In this document: positions 1 through 10,644 of the stretch, one piece after another
How positions within the stretch are numbered: position 1 is the stretch's first letter
Layout: every line of letters begins with the position of its first letter
Source: Cyanobacteriota bacterium
Lineage (GTDB): Bacteria; Cyanobacteriota; Cyanobacteriia; Thermostichales; Thermostichaceae
DNA length: 64,000 nt
Direction: 5' to 3'
Assembly (NCBI GenBank): GCA_033764955.1
Contig: JANRIL010000015.1
Coordinates: 32,001 to 96,000 of the forward strand
Made by a program: the position numbers and the translations under genes
The notes under the pieces: model-generated
What the model saw: the letters and a program-made list of their open reading frames with translations, nothing else
The model's database searches: none
Told to the model about the DNA's origin: nothing

Positions 1-1684
1 AGTCTGTGGCAGCTTTAATCAGGCCATCCAACGATTTGACTACCCCAATGTCTATCGCGGGGTCTATCCCGTCAAAGTCAACCAACAACGCCATTTGGTA
101 GAAGAGGTGGTCAAGCATGGTGCTCCCTTTCAATTTGGGCTAGAGGCAGGATCCAAGCCAGAATTGCTGATTGCTTTGGCCACCCTCAATACCCCTGGGG
201 CACTGTTGATCTGTAATGGCTACAAGGATCGTGACTATATCGAGACCGCCCTCTTGGCGCAACGGCTAGGACGCACCCCGATCATCGTCCTGGAGCGGAT
301 GCATGAGCTAAGCATCGTCTTGGAAGCCGCGCAACGGCTGGGTATTGCCCCGATTTTGGGGGTGCGCGCCAAACTTTCAGCACAGGGGATCGGGCGCTGG
401 GGAACGTCCGCCGGGGATCGTGCCAAGTTTGGACTGACGGCTACCGAAATTCTGGAGGTGGTGGCGCAATTACAGCAGGCCAATATGCTGGATTGCCTGC
501 AACTGCTGCACTATCACATCGGATCCCAGATCTCGACCGTTAGTGTGCATGGGCGGGCGGTGCGGGAGGCCACTCAGCTTTATGTAGAGCTGGTCAACAT
601 GGGCGCACCAATGGGGCATCTGGATATCGGCGGAGGATTGGGCATTGACTATGACGGATCCCAGTCTACGGCGCATACCTCCCAAAGCTATGATCTGCAT
701 GACTATGCCGCCACCGTGGTACAAACGGTCATGACCACCTGCCAATCTCACCAGGTGTTGCCCCCTGTCCTCACCACCGAAAGCGGACGGGCGATCATGT
801 CCCACCAGTCAGTTTTGGTGTTTGATGTCTTGGGGGTCAATTCCAATACCGTAGCTTCCTTGCCCGTGGTGCCCAGCACCGACCAAGACGTGGTTCATCA
901 ACTGCACCAACTTTATTACGAAATCGCTCCCGCTACCCTCACCGCCAACTACCGCCGTGCCATCGAACTCAAAGATAGTGCCCTCCGCCAATTCACCGAT
1001 GGACACCTGAGCCTGCAAGAACGCTCTCGGGTGGAACGGCTGTTTTGGAACTGCTGCGACAAGGTGTGTACGATGGCCTACGAGCAACAGCAGTTGGGTG
1101 AGCATGTGCCCGTGGATCTGGAAGACCTCGACGAGATGTTGGCCAGCACCTACTATTGCAACTTCTCCTTGTTTCAATCGGTACCGGACAGTTGGGCGAT
1201 TGATCAGGTCTTTCCCATCATGCCAATCCACCGCCTCGCCGAAGAACCCAACCAGTGGGGAACTCTAGCCGATCTCACCTGTGATAGCGACGGCAAGATC
1301 AATCGCTTCATTGGAGATCACGGGCAGGTCACTTCGGTCTTGCCGTTGCATGAACTAAATGGGCAGCCTTACCTGTTGGGGGTCTTTTTAGGAGGAGCCT
1401 ATCAGGAAATTTTGGGGGATTTGCACAACCTGTTTGGGGATACGAATGCCGTTCATATCCAGCATCAAGAAGATGGCACCTACCGCGTTTCGCAGGTGGT
1501 GAAGGGGGATACCATGAGCGAGGTCTTGGGGTTTGTTCAATACAACAGCGAAGACTTGGTGGAAAATATTCATCACGCCACCGAAGCCGCCCTCCAGCAG
1601 AAACGGATTAGTCTGACGGAAGCGCGACTCTTGCAAGCTCACTTTGAGGACAATCTCCGCTCCTACACCTACCTGCGCCAATAG
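1..1684 (+). CDS. speA: Biosynthetic arginine decarboxylase (5'-truncated by window edge)
   Basis: YPVKVNQQ PLP-lysine motif upstream of the listed start; GLEAGSKPEL, HIGSQI, DIGGGLG, TCDSDG and GAYQEILGDLHNLFG motifs. Confidence 0.95.
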   Translation, partial: VCGSFNQAIQRFDYPNVYRGVYPVKVNQQRHLVEEVVKHGAPFQFGLEAGSKPELLIALATLNTPGALLICNGYKDRDYIETALLAQRLGRTPIIVLERMHELSIVLEAAQRLGIAPILGVRAKLSAQGIGRWGTSAGDRAKFGLTATEILEVVAQLQQANMLDCLQLLHYHIGSQISTVSVHGRAVREATQLYVELVNMGAPMGHLDIGGGLGIDYDGSQSTAHTSQSYDLHDYAATVVQTVMTTCQSHQVLPPVLTTESGRAIMSHQSVLVFDVLGVNSNTVASLPVVPSTDQDVVHQLHQLYYEIAPATLTANYRRAIELKDSALRQFTDGHLSLQERSRVERLFWNCCDKVCTMAYEQQQLGEHVPVDLEDLDEMLASTYYCNFSLFQSVPDSWAIDQVFPIMPIHRLAEEPNQWGTLADLTCDSDGKINRFIGDHGQVTSVLPLHELNGQPYLLGVFLGGAYQEILGDLHNLFGDTNAVHIQHQEDGTYRVSQVVKGDTMSEVLGFVQYNSEDLVENIHHATEAALQQKRISLTEARLLQAHFEDNLRSYTYLRQ

Positions 1685-1888
1685 CTGACCGAGGGATCCT
1701 GATCACCCCTGAACCGCTCACGATCGGTCGATTGTGGGTGGTTTGGCGCTATTGCTGTCTGTTGGCTTTCTCTCTGAAAACGGATTTTTTGTAAGAATTC
1801 TTTATAATGGGCAAGGTTGGCTTTGGGATCCCCATCACAGGGAGCCGAGTTGACCGGATGGGACTATCCTCTTTCGTGCAGGAAAGCT

Positions 1889-2323
1889 ATGCGTTACTTT
1901 ATGTCAATGGCTCAAGACCCGATCAGCTCCCTGACGTTCTCCCTGTTGGGGGTAACCAGCGATCAGGCTCATGTTGATTTGACCGATGAAAAGTTGATTG
2001 TCAAAGCAGGCAACCTGTTTTCGGAAACCTTTGCCCTCAATCAGTTGGGACGAGCCGAACGCCTCTCCTGGGAATGGTATATGGGTCTAGGGATCCGAAC
2101 CGACTTTCAGGGCAAGGTGGGTATCGTCACTAACTGGGAAAATGTAATCGGGATCCCTTTGTTGAGTAGCCAAACTCTATTTATCCCGATTCTGGGGGCA
2201 TTAGGATTACAGGTTCCCTGTCAACAAATCATCTTTAGTTTGAAGGATGCCGACACCTTTTTAACCAATTTTAATCAAGGTCGTGCCAGCAGCAGTGGCC
2301 CGACTGGCATCGCTATTGATTAA
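1889..2323 (+). CDS. Hypothetical protein (possible PH-like beta fold)
   Basis: Open frame with TATAAT upstream (~1804); start uncertain (1889/1901/1907). Confidence 0.6.
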   Translation: MRYFMSMAQDPISSLTFSLLGVTSDQAHVDLTDEKLIVKAGNLFSETFALNQLGRAERLSWEWYMGLGIRTDFQGKVGIVTNWENVIGIPLLSSQTLFIPILGALGLQVPCQQIIFSLKDADTFLTNFNQGRASSSGPTGIAID

Positions 2324-2447
2324 GGAGGACAACCGTGTTCCTGGTAGAATCGCGGAGCCATCCTTAAATCTGGCCCGATAAAAAACTCACTCCTCTCTGT
2401 TGCCTATTACTTCTGTTCAGCGCTATCGGAATCCTGCCCTTGCATTG

Positions 2448-3776
2448 CTATATATACGGGAAATCCGCAGGGTGAAATTGCAGGGCTTGCCCCCGTGTCG
2501 CTAGGTTGATCCGTCCGGATTGAAAGGCAATCTGTCCTCCCACCAGCGTCAGGCTGGGCCAACCCGTTAACAACCACCCTTCAAACGGACTCCAGCCACA
2601 TTTGGTTAGCAACTCCTCCCGCACCACCGGACGGGATTCCTCTAGGTTGACCAACACCAAGTCGGCATCCCAACCGACCTGAATTTTGCCCTTCTGACGA
2701 ATACCATAGCCGCGAGCGGGAGCTTCACACATCCAGCGCACCACCTGTGGCAACGTACAGCGCCCCGCCTGCATAGCTGTCAGCATGAGAGGGAGAGCCG
2801 TTTCCACCCCCGGCATCCCAGAGGGGGATTGTGGGTAGGGTAAGGCTTTTTCGGTAAGCGTATGAGGGGCATGGTCAGTGGCAATCATATCGATTACCCC
2901 TGTGTGTAATCCTTCCCAAAGTCGTTGGCAGTCCTGGGGATCCCGCAACGGGGGGTTCATCTGCGCCAAAGATCCCAGTTTGGCGTAGTCCTCCGTACTC
3001 AGTAAAAGATGTTGGGGGGTGACTTCGGCGGTCACCCAGGCGGGTTTCTGCTGGGCTAAGCAATCCACTTCGAGAGCGGTGGAGAGGTGAAGGATATGCA
3101 GGCGATGACGATATTGAATGGAGAGGCGTAGGGCTAGCTGAGTGGCTTGCAGAGCCGCTTGATCGTCTTGAATCTGGGAATGCAGGGCGACATCCGACTG
3201 GCCGACCCAAAGGGCTCGCCGTTCCAGGATGCGCGCCTGGGACTCCGCATGAACGGCGATCAACTGGCTGGTATGAGCAAAGATAGTTTCTAAAATGGCA
3301 GGATCCCCCACCAATAAGTCCCCTTGCATGGATCCCATAAAGATCTTGATACCACAGGCTCCCCGAATGGCTTGAAGGGCTGCCAGATTACTGGCGGTGG
3401 CTCCAATAAAAAAACCATAGTTGACCACACACTTGCTGGCGGCGCGCGCCAGTTTATCATCGAGAGTGGCCTGAGAAATGGTCAAGGGATCCGTATTGGG
3501 CATCTCCAAAAAGGAGGTGACTCCCCCACGGGCGCAGGCATGGGATCCCGTTTGCAGGTCTTCTTTATGTTCTTTGCCAGGTTCCCGAAAATGCACCTGC
3601 GGATCGATGACCCCCGGCAATAATACTTGCCCATTAGCCTCGATCACCTCATCCAGGTGGGGAGAATCAACGCGCCGATCGATCTGGCTAATTGTGCCAT
3701 TTTCAATCAACAAGTCTCCCTGGTAAAGGGATCCCTCCGGCAAAAAAATACGGGCGTCACGAATGCAGATTTTCAT
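2448..3776 (-). CDS. pyrC: Dihydroorotase (amidohydrolase family)
   Basis: PGVIDPQVHFREPG, EMPNT, MNPPLR and ATDHAPH motifs. Confidence 0.9.
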   Translation of the reverse strand: MKICIRDARIFLPEGSLYQGDLLIENGTISQIDRRVDSPHLDEVIEANGQVLLPGVIDPQVHFREPGKEHKEDLQTGSHACARGGVTSFLEMPNTDPLTISQATLDDKLARAASKCVVNYGFFIGATASNLAALQAIRGACGIKIFMGSMQGDLLVGDPAILETIFAHTSQLIAVHAESQARILERRALWVGQSDVALHSQIQDDQAALQATQLALRLSIQYRHRLHILHLSTALEVDCLAQQKPAWVTAEVTPQHLLLSTEDYAKLGSLAQMNPPLRDPQDCQRLWEGLHTGVIDMIATDHAPHTLTEKALPYPQSPSGMPGVETALPLMLTAMQAGRCTLPQVVRWMCEAPARGYGIRQKGKIQVGWDADLVLVNLEESRPVVREELLTKCGWSPFEGWLLTGWPSLTLVGGQIAFQSGRINLATRGQALQFHPADFPYI

Positions 3777-3804
3777 AACGTCTCAGACGTAAAGGTTGGG
3801 GGAG

Positions 3805-4338
3805 TCAGGAGGAAGCGGACTGGGCGTGCTGTTGTGCCAATTGATAATAGCGCTCGGCGTGGTGGATCAGATCCTCGGCTTCTGCCTCTGAAACCGCCCG
3901 GATCACTTTGGCCGGGATCCCTACCACCAGAGAGCGGGAGGGCACCGACTGGGTGACCACGGCTCCTGCACCGACGATGCTGCCCCTTCCCACCGTTACC
4001 CCGTTCAAAATAATCGCGCCAATGCCAATCAAGCTGCCCATCTCGACTTGTGCCCCATGAATCACGGCGCGGTGTCCCACCGTCACATGGGCTTCTAGTA
4101 GGGTAGGCTGACCCGGATCCCCGTGCAGGATAGCTCCATCTTGAATATTGCTCTGGAACCCCACCCGAATTTTTTCCACATCCCCCCGCAGCACAGCCCC
4201 ATACCAAATACTCACTCCCGCCTCTAATTCCACCCATCCACACAGGGTCGCATTGGGGGCAATAAAAGCGGCAAGCTGGCGATTGGGCAGGCCATCAGGC
4301 AAAAGAAAAGGCCAAGATGATGTCATGGTAGCGATCAC
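3805..4338 (-). CDS. Gamma carbonic anhydrase family / hexapeptide-repeat protein
   Basis: IWYGAVLRGD, NIQDGAILH, VTVGHRAVIHG left-handed beta-helix signature. Confidence 0.9.
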   Translation of the reverse strand: MIATMTSSWPFLLPDGLPNRQLAAFIAPNATLCGWVELEAGVSIWYGAVLRGDVEKIRVGFQSNIQDGAILHGDPGQPTLLEAHVTVGHRAVIHGAQVEMGSLIGIGAIILNGVTVGRGSIVGAGAVVTQSVPSRSLVVGIPAKVIRAVSEAEAEDLIHHAERYYQLAQQHAQSASS

Positions 4339-4406
4339 GTTCCTGTGGGAGTGGTTCCTTAGGATGGATCGGATGTCGGTGCCATGTCCATATCCAGAGA
4401 ATCCCG

Positions 4407-5621
4407 ATGATCATGCTTGACCCCAGCCTTTATTTTGACCACAGCGCCACTACTCCGCCCCGCTCCGAAGTGATCCAGCGGATGCAGGAGGTGATGCAAA
4501 CCCACTGGGGCAATCCATCCAGCTTACACGGCTGGGGGGAACAGGCAGCCACCGTGCTGGAGATTGCCCGTCAGTCGGTAGCCCAGTTGTTGGGGTGTGA
4601 GCCGGAATCGATTATTTTTACCTCCGGTGGCACGGAGTCCAACAATCTAGCCTTGTTGGGCATCGCCCTTCAGTATGAGCACCCGCAACATCTCGTGATT
4701 TCCAGCATTGAGCATTCCTCCGTCGAAAACGTGGCTCGTCACCTGGCATCGCAGGGTTGGCAGATCAGCCGTCTTCCCGTCAGTCGAGAAGGATTGATCG
4801 ATGTGGGGGATTTGCAAAAGGCTCTCCGCCCCAATACGGCGATGGTTTCTATCCTCTACGGACAAAATGAAATCGGATCCCTCCAGCCGATTGCTCAACT
4901 GGCGGCCTGTTGTCGGGCGGCTGGGATCCCGTTTCACTGTGATGCCGTGCAGGTGGCGGGGCGGATCCCTCTGGCGATGCAGGAGCTACCTGTGGATTTG
5001 CTCTCCCTCTCCGGTCATAAACTCTATGGCCCGCAAGGGGTGGGATCCCTCTACGTGCGACCCGGTTTGCGACTATTGCCCATCCTGCGAGGAGGGGGTC
5101 AGGAGAACGGGATCCGTTCCGGCACCCAACCTCTGCCGGCCATTGCCGGATTGGGGGTTGCGGCGGATTGGGCTAGCCAAGAAGTAGACGGAGAAACCAT
5201 GCGATTACGCGGCCTACAAGCCCAGTTAAGACAAGCCCTGGCCGATTGTCCTGCCCTGATTCCAACGGGACCTCTCGATGGAAAGCACCGCCTGCCCCAC
5301 CATCTCAGCTATTGCGTGGATGGCCTCAGCGGAACCGCGATCGTGCAAGCCATGAATCGATTGGGTATCGGTATTAGCGCCGGATCCGCCTGTAATCGGG
5401 GCAAGCTGATTCCCAGTCGGGTCTTGCTGGCGATGGGGTTTTCTCCCGAACAAGCCCTGGGATCCATCCGCTTGAGCATCGGGCGTACTACCACTCCAGA
5501 AGCCGTAGCGCAAGTAGCTCAAGCGTTGCGGCAAGTGATAGCTCAGCTCCTCAGGGATCCCCCATCGCCATTGGGAGGAGATCGAGTGTTCTCCCTCTTG
5601 CCTGCGGATCTGAGGGTCTGA
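4407..5621 (+). CDS. Cysteine desulfurase (IscS/NifS type, class V aminotransferase)
   Basis: YFDHSATTP, GNPSSLH, FTSGGTES, SGHKLYGP and SAGSAC motifs. Confidence 0.92.
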   Translation: MIMLDPSLYFDHSATTPPRSEVIQRMQEVMQTHWGNPSSLHGWGEQAATVLEIARQSVAQLLGCEPESIIFTSGGTESNNLALLGIALQYEHPQHLVISSIEHSSVENVARHLASQGWQISRLPVSREGLIDVGDLQKALRPNTAMVSILYGQNEIGSLQPIAQLAACCRAAGIPFHCDAVQVAGRIPLAMQELPVDLLSLSGHKLYGPQGVGSLYVRPGLRLLPILRGGGQENGIRSGTQPLPAIAGLGVAADWASQEVDGETMRLRGLQAQLRQALADCPALIPTGPLDGKHRLPHHLSYCVDGLSGTAIVQAMNRLGIGISAGSACNRGKLIPSRVLLAMGFSPEQALGSIRLSIGRTTTPEAVAQVAQALRQVIAQLLRDPPSPLGGDRVFSLLPADLRV

Positions 5622-5623
5622 CC

Positions 5624-6421
5624 CTAACCTCTGCTCTGTTGCCAGCGTTGCCGTTTGGCTTCGTAGAGCAACAATCCTCCTGCCATCGCCAAATTGAGGG
5701 ACTCAACTCCCCCCGCCATCGGGATCCGCACCTGCTGATCGGCCATCTTTAGTAATGCTGGGCTGAGTCCCGCTCCTTCATTGCCCAACAGCAACAAACT
5801 GGGACGGGTAAAATCCACCTGCCAAAAGGGGATCCCGGTTTCATCAGCGCTGGTGGCCAATACCTGAACCTGCTGCTGTTGATAGCTTTCAATCAGTTGG
5901 GGCAAATCGGCGCACACCTGAGGACAAAGACGAAACCATTGGCCAGCCGACGCCCGTAAGACTTTGGGATTTTCGGGATCGACACTATCACGGCTGAGCC
6001 AGATCTGATTGGCTCCGGCGGCTACGGCCACGCGAATCAGGGATCCCAAATTCCCCGGATCCTGAAGGGTTTCTAGCGCTAAGCCCATCGACAAGGGGAG
6101 GGGATCCGGCTGAGGATGGTCACGATGCTGAGCAACCGCCACCACTCCATCGGGGGTCTCGGTTGTGGCTAAAAATCCCAGAACCGCTTCGCTGACAAGC
6201 TGCTGACGGCTGGACTGGGGGATGTCGGCAATCAGGATAGAGCAGCGTTTTGCCCAAGCTGGGGTATAGCAAACCGCCGCTAACGGCCAGTGGGTGGTTA
6301 ACGCCTCCTGCAAGAGATGGGTGCCCTCTACCAAAAATGCTCCCTGCTCCCGCCGTCCCTTCCCCTGCTGCAACTGCCGGAGTTGGCGGATCCATTCATT
6401 TTTGGTGCTGGTCACAATCAT
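5624..6421 (-). CDS. TrmH/SpoU family RNA methyltransferase
   Basis: LQDPGNLGSLIR, GNEGAGL and IPMAGGVESLN SPOUT motifs. Confidence 0.92.
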   Translation of the reverse strand: MIVTSTKNEWIRQLRQLQQGKGRREQGAFLVEGTHLLQEALTTHWPLAAVCYTPAWAKRCSILIADIPQSSRQQLVSEAVLGFLATTETPDGVVAVAQHRDHPQPDPLPLSMGLALETLQDPGNLGSLIRVAVAAGANQIWLSRDSVDPENPKVLRASAGQWFRLCPQVCADLPQLIESYQQQQVQVLATSADETGIPFWQVDFTRPSLLLLGNEGAGLSPALLKMADQQVRIPMAGGVESLNLAMAGGLLLYEAKRQRWQQSRG

Positions 6422-6645
6422 GAAATTGGGCGAATCCTGAATTAAATGGATGTGGGTCAGGGAAAATTTCACTGTTTTTCAAACGATTGTAGGCTGTTTT
6501 TGCCAAAAGGATCGGGGATCTTTCCCCAACCAGGAGACATTATGTTGCGAGAGATTGCGTTCCCTTAAGAGATTTCCTGTTTTATGAGAAGTTGCTCTCA
6601 GCTTGTTACCGTTAATGCAGTAACTTAACCAGAGGATAACCAGCC

Positions 6646-6762
6646 ATGAAAACAGGTACCCCTAAGCATCTCGGACAGTCTATTGAAATGGTATTGCTAC
6701 TCATCATCAGTTGTGCGGCGATGGTGGCTCTCATGGTTTGGCAGAGTGGCTTGCCCCATTAA
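6646..6762 (+). CDS. Putative 38-aa single-pass membrane peptide (below ORF-track cutoff)
   Basis: AGAGGA Shine-Dalgarno at 6631 before ATG 6646; MKTGTPKHLGQSIEMVLLLIISCAAMVALMVWQSGLPH* has a ~18-residue hydrophobic core. Confidence 0.55.
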   Translation: MKTGTPKHLGQSIEMVLLLIISCAAMVALMVWQSGLPH

Positions 6763-6784
6763 AGAAATAGCCTTGATAGCGAGA

Positions 6785-6806
6785 ATAGTCAGTTGTACCG
6801 AACTAT
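6785..6806. promoter_or_regulatory. Inverted repeat, candidate MarR autoregulatory operator
   Basis: ATAGT-cagttgtaccga-ACTAT about 115 bp upstream of the marR-family start. Confidence 0.45.
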
Positions 6807-6921
6807 CACTTGTGGAACACTCCCCAGGCAGGCAATGGATCCCCTTTCATGAGAGTTTTCTCATCCTCCCAGCCGCAACTTGCTAGGATGGAAATGAACA
6901 TAAGTTCCTTGACAAACTCTA

Positions 6922-7416
6922 TTGTCTGAGTTGAGTGCTTCCATCGTGCCGCTTAGCGATCTCCCCCTCCCCAGTGCTGTTGAACCGTGGCGCGAAGTAT
7001 TGGCTCCCCAGAGTTTGGGTTACCGTCTCACTCTCCTCTCTCAGTTAATTCGTCGTCAGCTACAAAATTTGTTGGATGACTATGGCATGACGACCTTTCA
7101 CTGGGTAGTCCTCTGTTGTCTTTGGGAAGAAGACGGAGTAGCCACCTCGGCGATTTGCCAACGCCTGCAACAGTTGGGGGGAACCATGACTGGGGTATTG
7201 GATGGCATGGAAAAACGTGGCTTGATTCGGCGGCAACGGGATCCCCTGGATCGACGGATTTGGCGGGTTTATCTGACGGAGGTGGGAGAAGCCTTGCGAA
7301 CAATTCTGCCTCCCAAAGTCAAACAATTGCGGGAAGAAACCTATGGTTGTCTGCTTCCCGAAGAACAAAAACAGCTTTCCCAATTTGTGGATATTCTGAT
7401 TGCTCATCTCTCGTGA
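6922..7416 (+). CDS. MarR family transcriptional regulator
   Basis: wHTH with MEKRGLIRRQRDPLDRRIWRVYLTEVG signature. Confidence 0.93.
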   Translation: MSELSASIVPLSDLPLPSAVEPWREVLAPQSLGYRLTLLSQLIRRQLQNLLDDYGMTTFHWVVLCCLWEEDGVATSAICQRLQQLGGTMTGVLDGMEKRGLIRRQRDPLDRRIWRVYLTEVGEALRTILPPKVKQLREETYGCLLPEEQKQLSQFVDILIAHLS

Positions 7417-7625
7417 ACGCCATCCAGCGGGGGATCCCAACCATTTGTCCACTTCAACTCTATGTTTGGCGAGAGGCGGTTCCAATTTCCAAATAAACTC
7501 AACCCTAAGTCCACCAACTCATGGTTGATCAAGGGGCGCTGGTTATGCCTGGACTCATATTCTCCAGCTCATATTGCCGACTCATATTACAGTGTTGGTA
7601 ACGACTGTTTTCTTCTACCATCTTC

Positions 7626-8804
7626 ATGAAAGCTCTCACCCTTCTCGGCTCGACAGGTTCTATTGGCACACAAACCTTGGATCTGGTAGCTCAGTATCCC
7701 GACCGATTTCGGGTGGTGGGGTTGACCAGTCACCGGAATGTCGAGCGATTGGCGGAGCAGATTCGTCAGTTTCAACCGCAGATTGTCGGTCTTGGGGATC
7801 CGGCAGGACTGGCGGAGTTACGCCGTTTATTAGCAGGGATCCCCTCTCCCCCTCCCATTGTGGTGGGTTCAGAAGGATTGTGTGAGGTCGCGGCCTTTGG
7901 AGAAGCGGAATTGGTGGTAGGGGGGATTGTGGGTTGCGCGGGGCTATTGCCTACGATTGCGGCGATTCAGGCAGGCAAAGATATTGCTCTGGCCAACAAA
8001 GAGACCCTAGTCGCGGGCGGATCGATTGTCTTACCCTTGGTGGAAAAGCACGCGGTTCACCTCATCCCGGTGGATTCTGAGCATTCGGCTATATTTCAAT
8101 GTTTACAGGGGGTTCCTAACGGCGGACTGCGGCGGATCCTCCTGACGGCTTCTGGTGGCTCCTTTCGAGACTGGCCCGTGGAAAAGCTGAGCGAAGTTAC
8201 CTTGGCGGATGCCCTCAAACACCCCAACTGGGTGATGGGTCGCAAGATCACCATTGACTCCGCCACCCTCATGAACAAAGGACTCGAGGTGATTGAAGCT
8301 CACTGGCTATTTGGTCTCGACTACGACCACATCGACATTGTCATTCACCCCCAGAGCATTATTCATTCTTTGATTGAATTGCAGGACACCTCGGTATTGG
8401 CACAACTGGGCTGGCCCGACATGCATCTACCGATTTTGTATGGGCTGAGTTGGCCGGAACGCTTGCCCACCGCCTGGGATCCCCTTGATCTGGTGAAATT
8501 GGCAACCCTCACCTTCAAAGCCCCCGACCACCGCAAATACCCCTGTATGCAGTTAGCCTATGCCGCCGGACGACAGGGGGGAACGCTGCCAGCCGTGTTA
8601 AATGCTGCCAACGAAGCGATTGTGGAGCTCTTTTTACAAGAACAAATCTCCTTTCAAGATATCCCCCGCCTTTTGGAGTCGGTTTGTGAAGCCCATGATG
8701 TGCTAAATCAACCCAGCCTAGAGGATATTTTGCAGGCGGATGAGTGGGCACGCCATACCGCTCATGCTCTAGCCCGGCGAACTCCTGCTCAGGTCTTGGC
8801 TTAA
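7626..8804 (+). CDS. dxr: 1-deoxy-D-xylulose-5-phosphate reductoisomerase
   Basis: [31 protein letters not shown] and [23 protein letters not shown] motifs. Confidence 0.98.
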   Translation: MKALTLLGSTGSIGTQTLDLVAQYPDRFRVVGLTSHRNVERLAEQIRQFQPQIVGLGDPAGLAELRRLLAGIPSPPPIVVGSEGLCEVAAFGEAELVVGGIVGCAGLLPTIAAIQAGKDIALANKETLVAGGSIVLPLVEKHAVHLIPVDSEHSAIFQCLQGVPNGGLRRILLTASGGSFRDWPVEKLSEVTLADALKHPNWVMGRKITIDSATLMNKGLEVIEAHWLFGLDYDHIDIVIHPQSIIHSLIELQDTSVLAQLGWPDMHLPILYGLSWPERLPTAWDPLDLVKLATLTFKAPDHRKYPCMQLAYAAGRQGGTLPAVLNAANEAIVELFLQEQISFQDIPRLLESVCEAHDVLNQPSLEDILQADEWARHTAHALARRTPAQVLA

Positions 8805-8851
8805 CGGCTATGGCTGCCTAAGGTTAAAGAGTCTGCCTCTTACCGATCCAC

Positions 8852-9754
8852 CTATGATCCACCGCCGGGGCTAGTAGATGTTTCGGTAGTGCTCGGAGCA
8901 ACTCCTCCCACCACGGGCAGCACAATCCGTTGCCCACCTTCGCTCAAGATCACTTCTTTGCGGCGAGCCGATACCCCCGTCACATCGGCTGACTCATACT
9001 TTTGACCGGGCTGCACCACCGCCGGAATCGCGCCACCCGCCGACACGAGGGCATAGGCGTCTCCATCAATTTGAATCACCCCTGACACCTGCACCGTCTT
9101 GGCGAAGGCTGCCGGATCGGGGGTAGGCTCAGGCAGTTCGCCAGGGAGAATATCGGATCCCACAACATTATCGGGGACGGGGATGGAAGGCAAAGGAGGC
9201 AAAGCATCCGTAGGCACAGGTTCGACAATCTCATTGAGGGGAGCAAAAGGATCCGACCGTCCGGCAGCCCGTTCTGCCCGCTCCGTTTCCGTCTCAATAT
9301 CTGCCGGAGCAATCAAAATGTCTGAAACACTCTGGGTGCTTTCCAACAACGTTTCCCCAACAGCGGGTTCAGGGGCTGTTTGCCCAAAGGCAGGAGCTGC
9401 CGCCAAGGTTTGGTTGGCTTGCGCCAAGGATTTCATGTCTGAGGCGCTACGGGCGAGGGTCTGCTCCATGTCCTGCTGCCACTGGTTGCCCACCCGCTTC
9501 ATGATGATAGGGCTAACTCGACCCTGCGATTCCACCAAGACTTCCGCCTGATCGGCAGCTAACAAGCGGGATCCGATAATTGTGGCTCCTTCGGGCAAAA
9601 GGATCTGCACCGAGGCTTCGGCAGCCGGAACAGGGGCAGTCTCTTGCGCCAAGCTCAGATGAGGAGTCAGTAGGAGCGTGATTGCGGAAGCCACTGCTCC
9701 CAGCAAGGCGCAGGGGATCCATTGGGGGCGAAGTGCGGATTTGAGTATGGACAT
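8852..9754 (-). CDS. Exported hypothetical protein with PilP/GspC-like C-terminal beta domain
   Basis: Signal peptide ending SLA-Q; GRSDPF motif; Pro-rich linker; C-terminal VSGVIQIDGDAYALV...VQPGQ...VTGVS...EVILSEGG pattern. Confidence 0.55.
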   Translation of the reverse strand: MSILKSALRPQWIPCALLGAVASAITLLLTPHLSLAQETAPVPAAEASVQILLPEGATIIGSRLLAADQAEVLVESQGRVSPIIMKRVGNQWQQDMEQTLARSASDMKSLAQANQTLAAAPAFGQTAPEPAVGETLLESTQSVSDILIAPADIETETERAERAAGRSDPFAPLNEIVEPVPTDALPPLPSIPVPDNVVGSDILPGELPEPTPDPAAFAKTVQVSGVIQIDGDAYALVSAGGAIPAVVQPGQKYESADVTGVSARRKEVILSEGGQRIVLPVVGGVAPSTTETSTSPGGGS

Positions 9755-9929
9755 AGCCTATTTTTTGAGCAGTATTACTCCATACCATACCCAAAGAACC
9801 TCTGCCCTGCCACCGTCCGGCGCTGAGTTTGCTCGATTTGGGTTCCGGATCCCAGGCTGTGGGGATGACCTATTCAAGCAGGGGGAGAACCTGTCATAAT
9901 AGAGTGTAAAGTTTCGTAAATAATCTCCT

Positions 9930-10619
9930 ATGGTTTCTCCCACCGCCGATGCCTCTGATGAGTTGAGTGCGCTTGCCGCACAGTTGACCAGTAGTCGTTC
10001 GGCGGATCGGATGGTGGCTTTAGCCAAGCTGCGGCAGGTTCCCAATGAATTGGCTGTGCCCTTGATCCTGACGGTGATCGAGGATGAAAACCTGCAAGTC
10101 CGCTCCCTGGCTGTCTTTGCCCTGGGTGTCAAACCAAGCGAGGTCTCTCTGCCTAAACTGGTGGAGATTTTGACTTCGGATCCCGACTATGGGATCCGTG
10201 CCGATGCCGCCGGGGCACTGGGTTATCTGGGGGATGTACGCGCCCTAGAACCCTTGGTGAGAGCTTTTTATGAGGATGTGGAGTGGCTCGTCCGCTTTAG
10301 TGCCGCCGTGGCGCTGGGCAACCTGCGGGATCCGCGAGCCTTTGATGTCTTGGTAGATGCCCTTGACTCCCCTGATACCTTAATGCATCAAGCCGCCATT
10401 GCCGCCCTAGGCGAAGTAGGGGATCCCCGTTGTTTGCCACAAATCCTTAATTTTGCTCAATCCTCCGATTGGTTGGTTCGGCAACGGCTGGCGCAGGCTC
10501 TGGGCAACTTACCCTCTGACAAAACTCTTGCCGCCCTCAACTACCTGGCCAAGGATCCCCATGACAGCGTGGCGGCGGCGGCGCTTGACTCCCTACGAAA
10601 GCTGCAGGGACACATTTAG
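9930..10619 (+). CDS. PBS lyase HEAT-repeat protein (NblB-like)
   Basis: Repeated VR..AA.ALG HEAT units; DYGIRADAAGALGYL and EWLVRFSAAVALGNL typical of cyanobacterial NblB/CpcE-like proteins. Confidence 0.85.
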   Translation: MVSPTADASDELSALAAQLTSSRSADRMVALAKLRQVPNELAVPLILTVIEDENLQVRSLAVFALGVKPSEVSLPKLVEILTSDPDYGIRADAAGALGYLGDVRALEPLVRAFYEDVEWLVRFSAAVALGNLRDPRAFDVLVDALDSPDTLMHQAAIAALGEVGDPRCLPQILNFAQSSDWLVRQRLAQALGNLPSDKTLAALNYLAKDPHDSVAAAALDSLRKLQGHI

Positions 10620-10644
10620 CCTATGGAAAGTTGAGATAACCCGC

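Noticed and set aside
2322..2367. Strong AGGAGG plus GTG opening a 10-codon ORF
   Set aside because: Too short to support; may be chance or a gene remnant.
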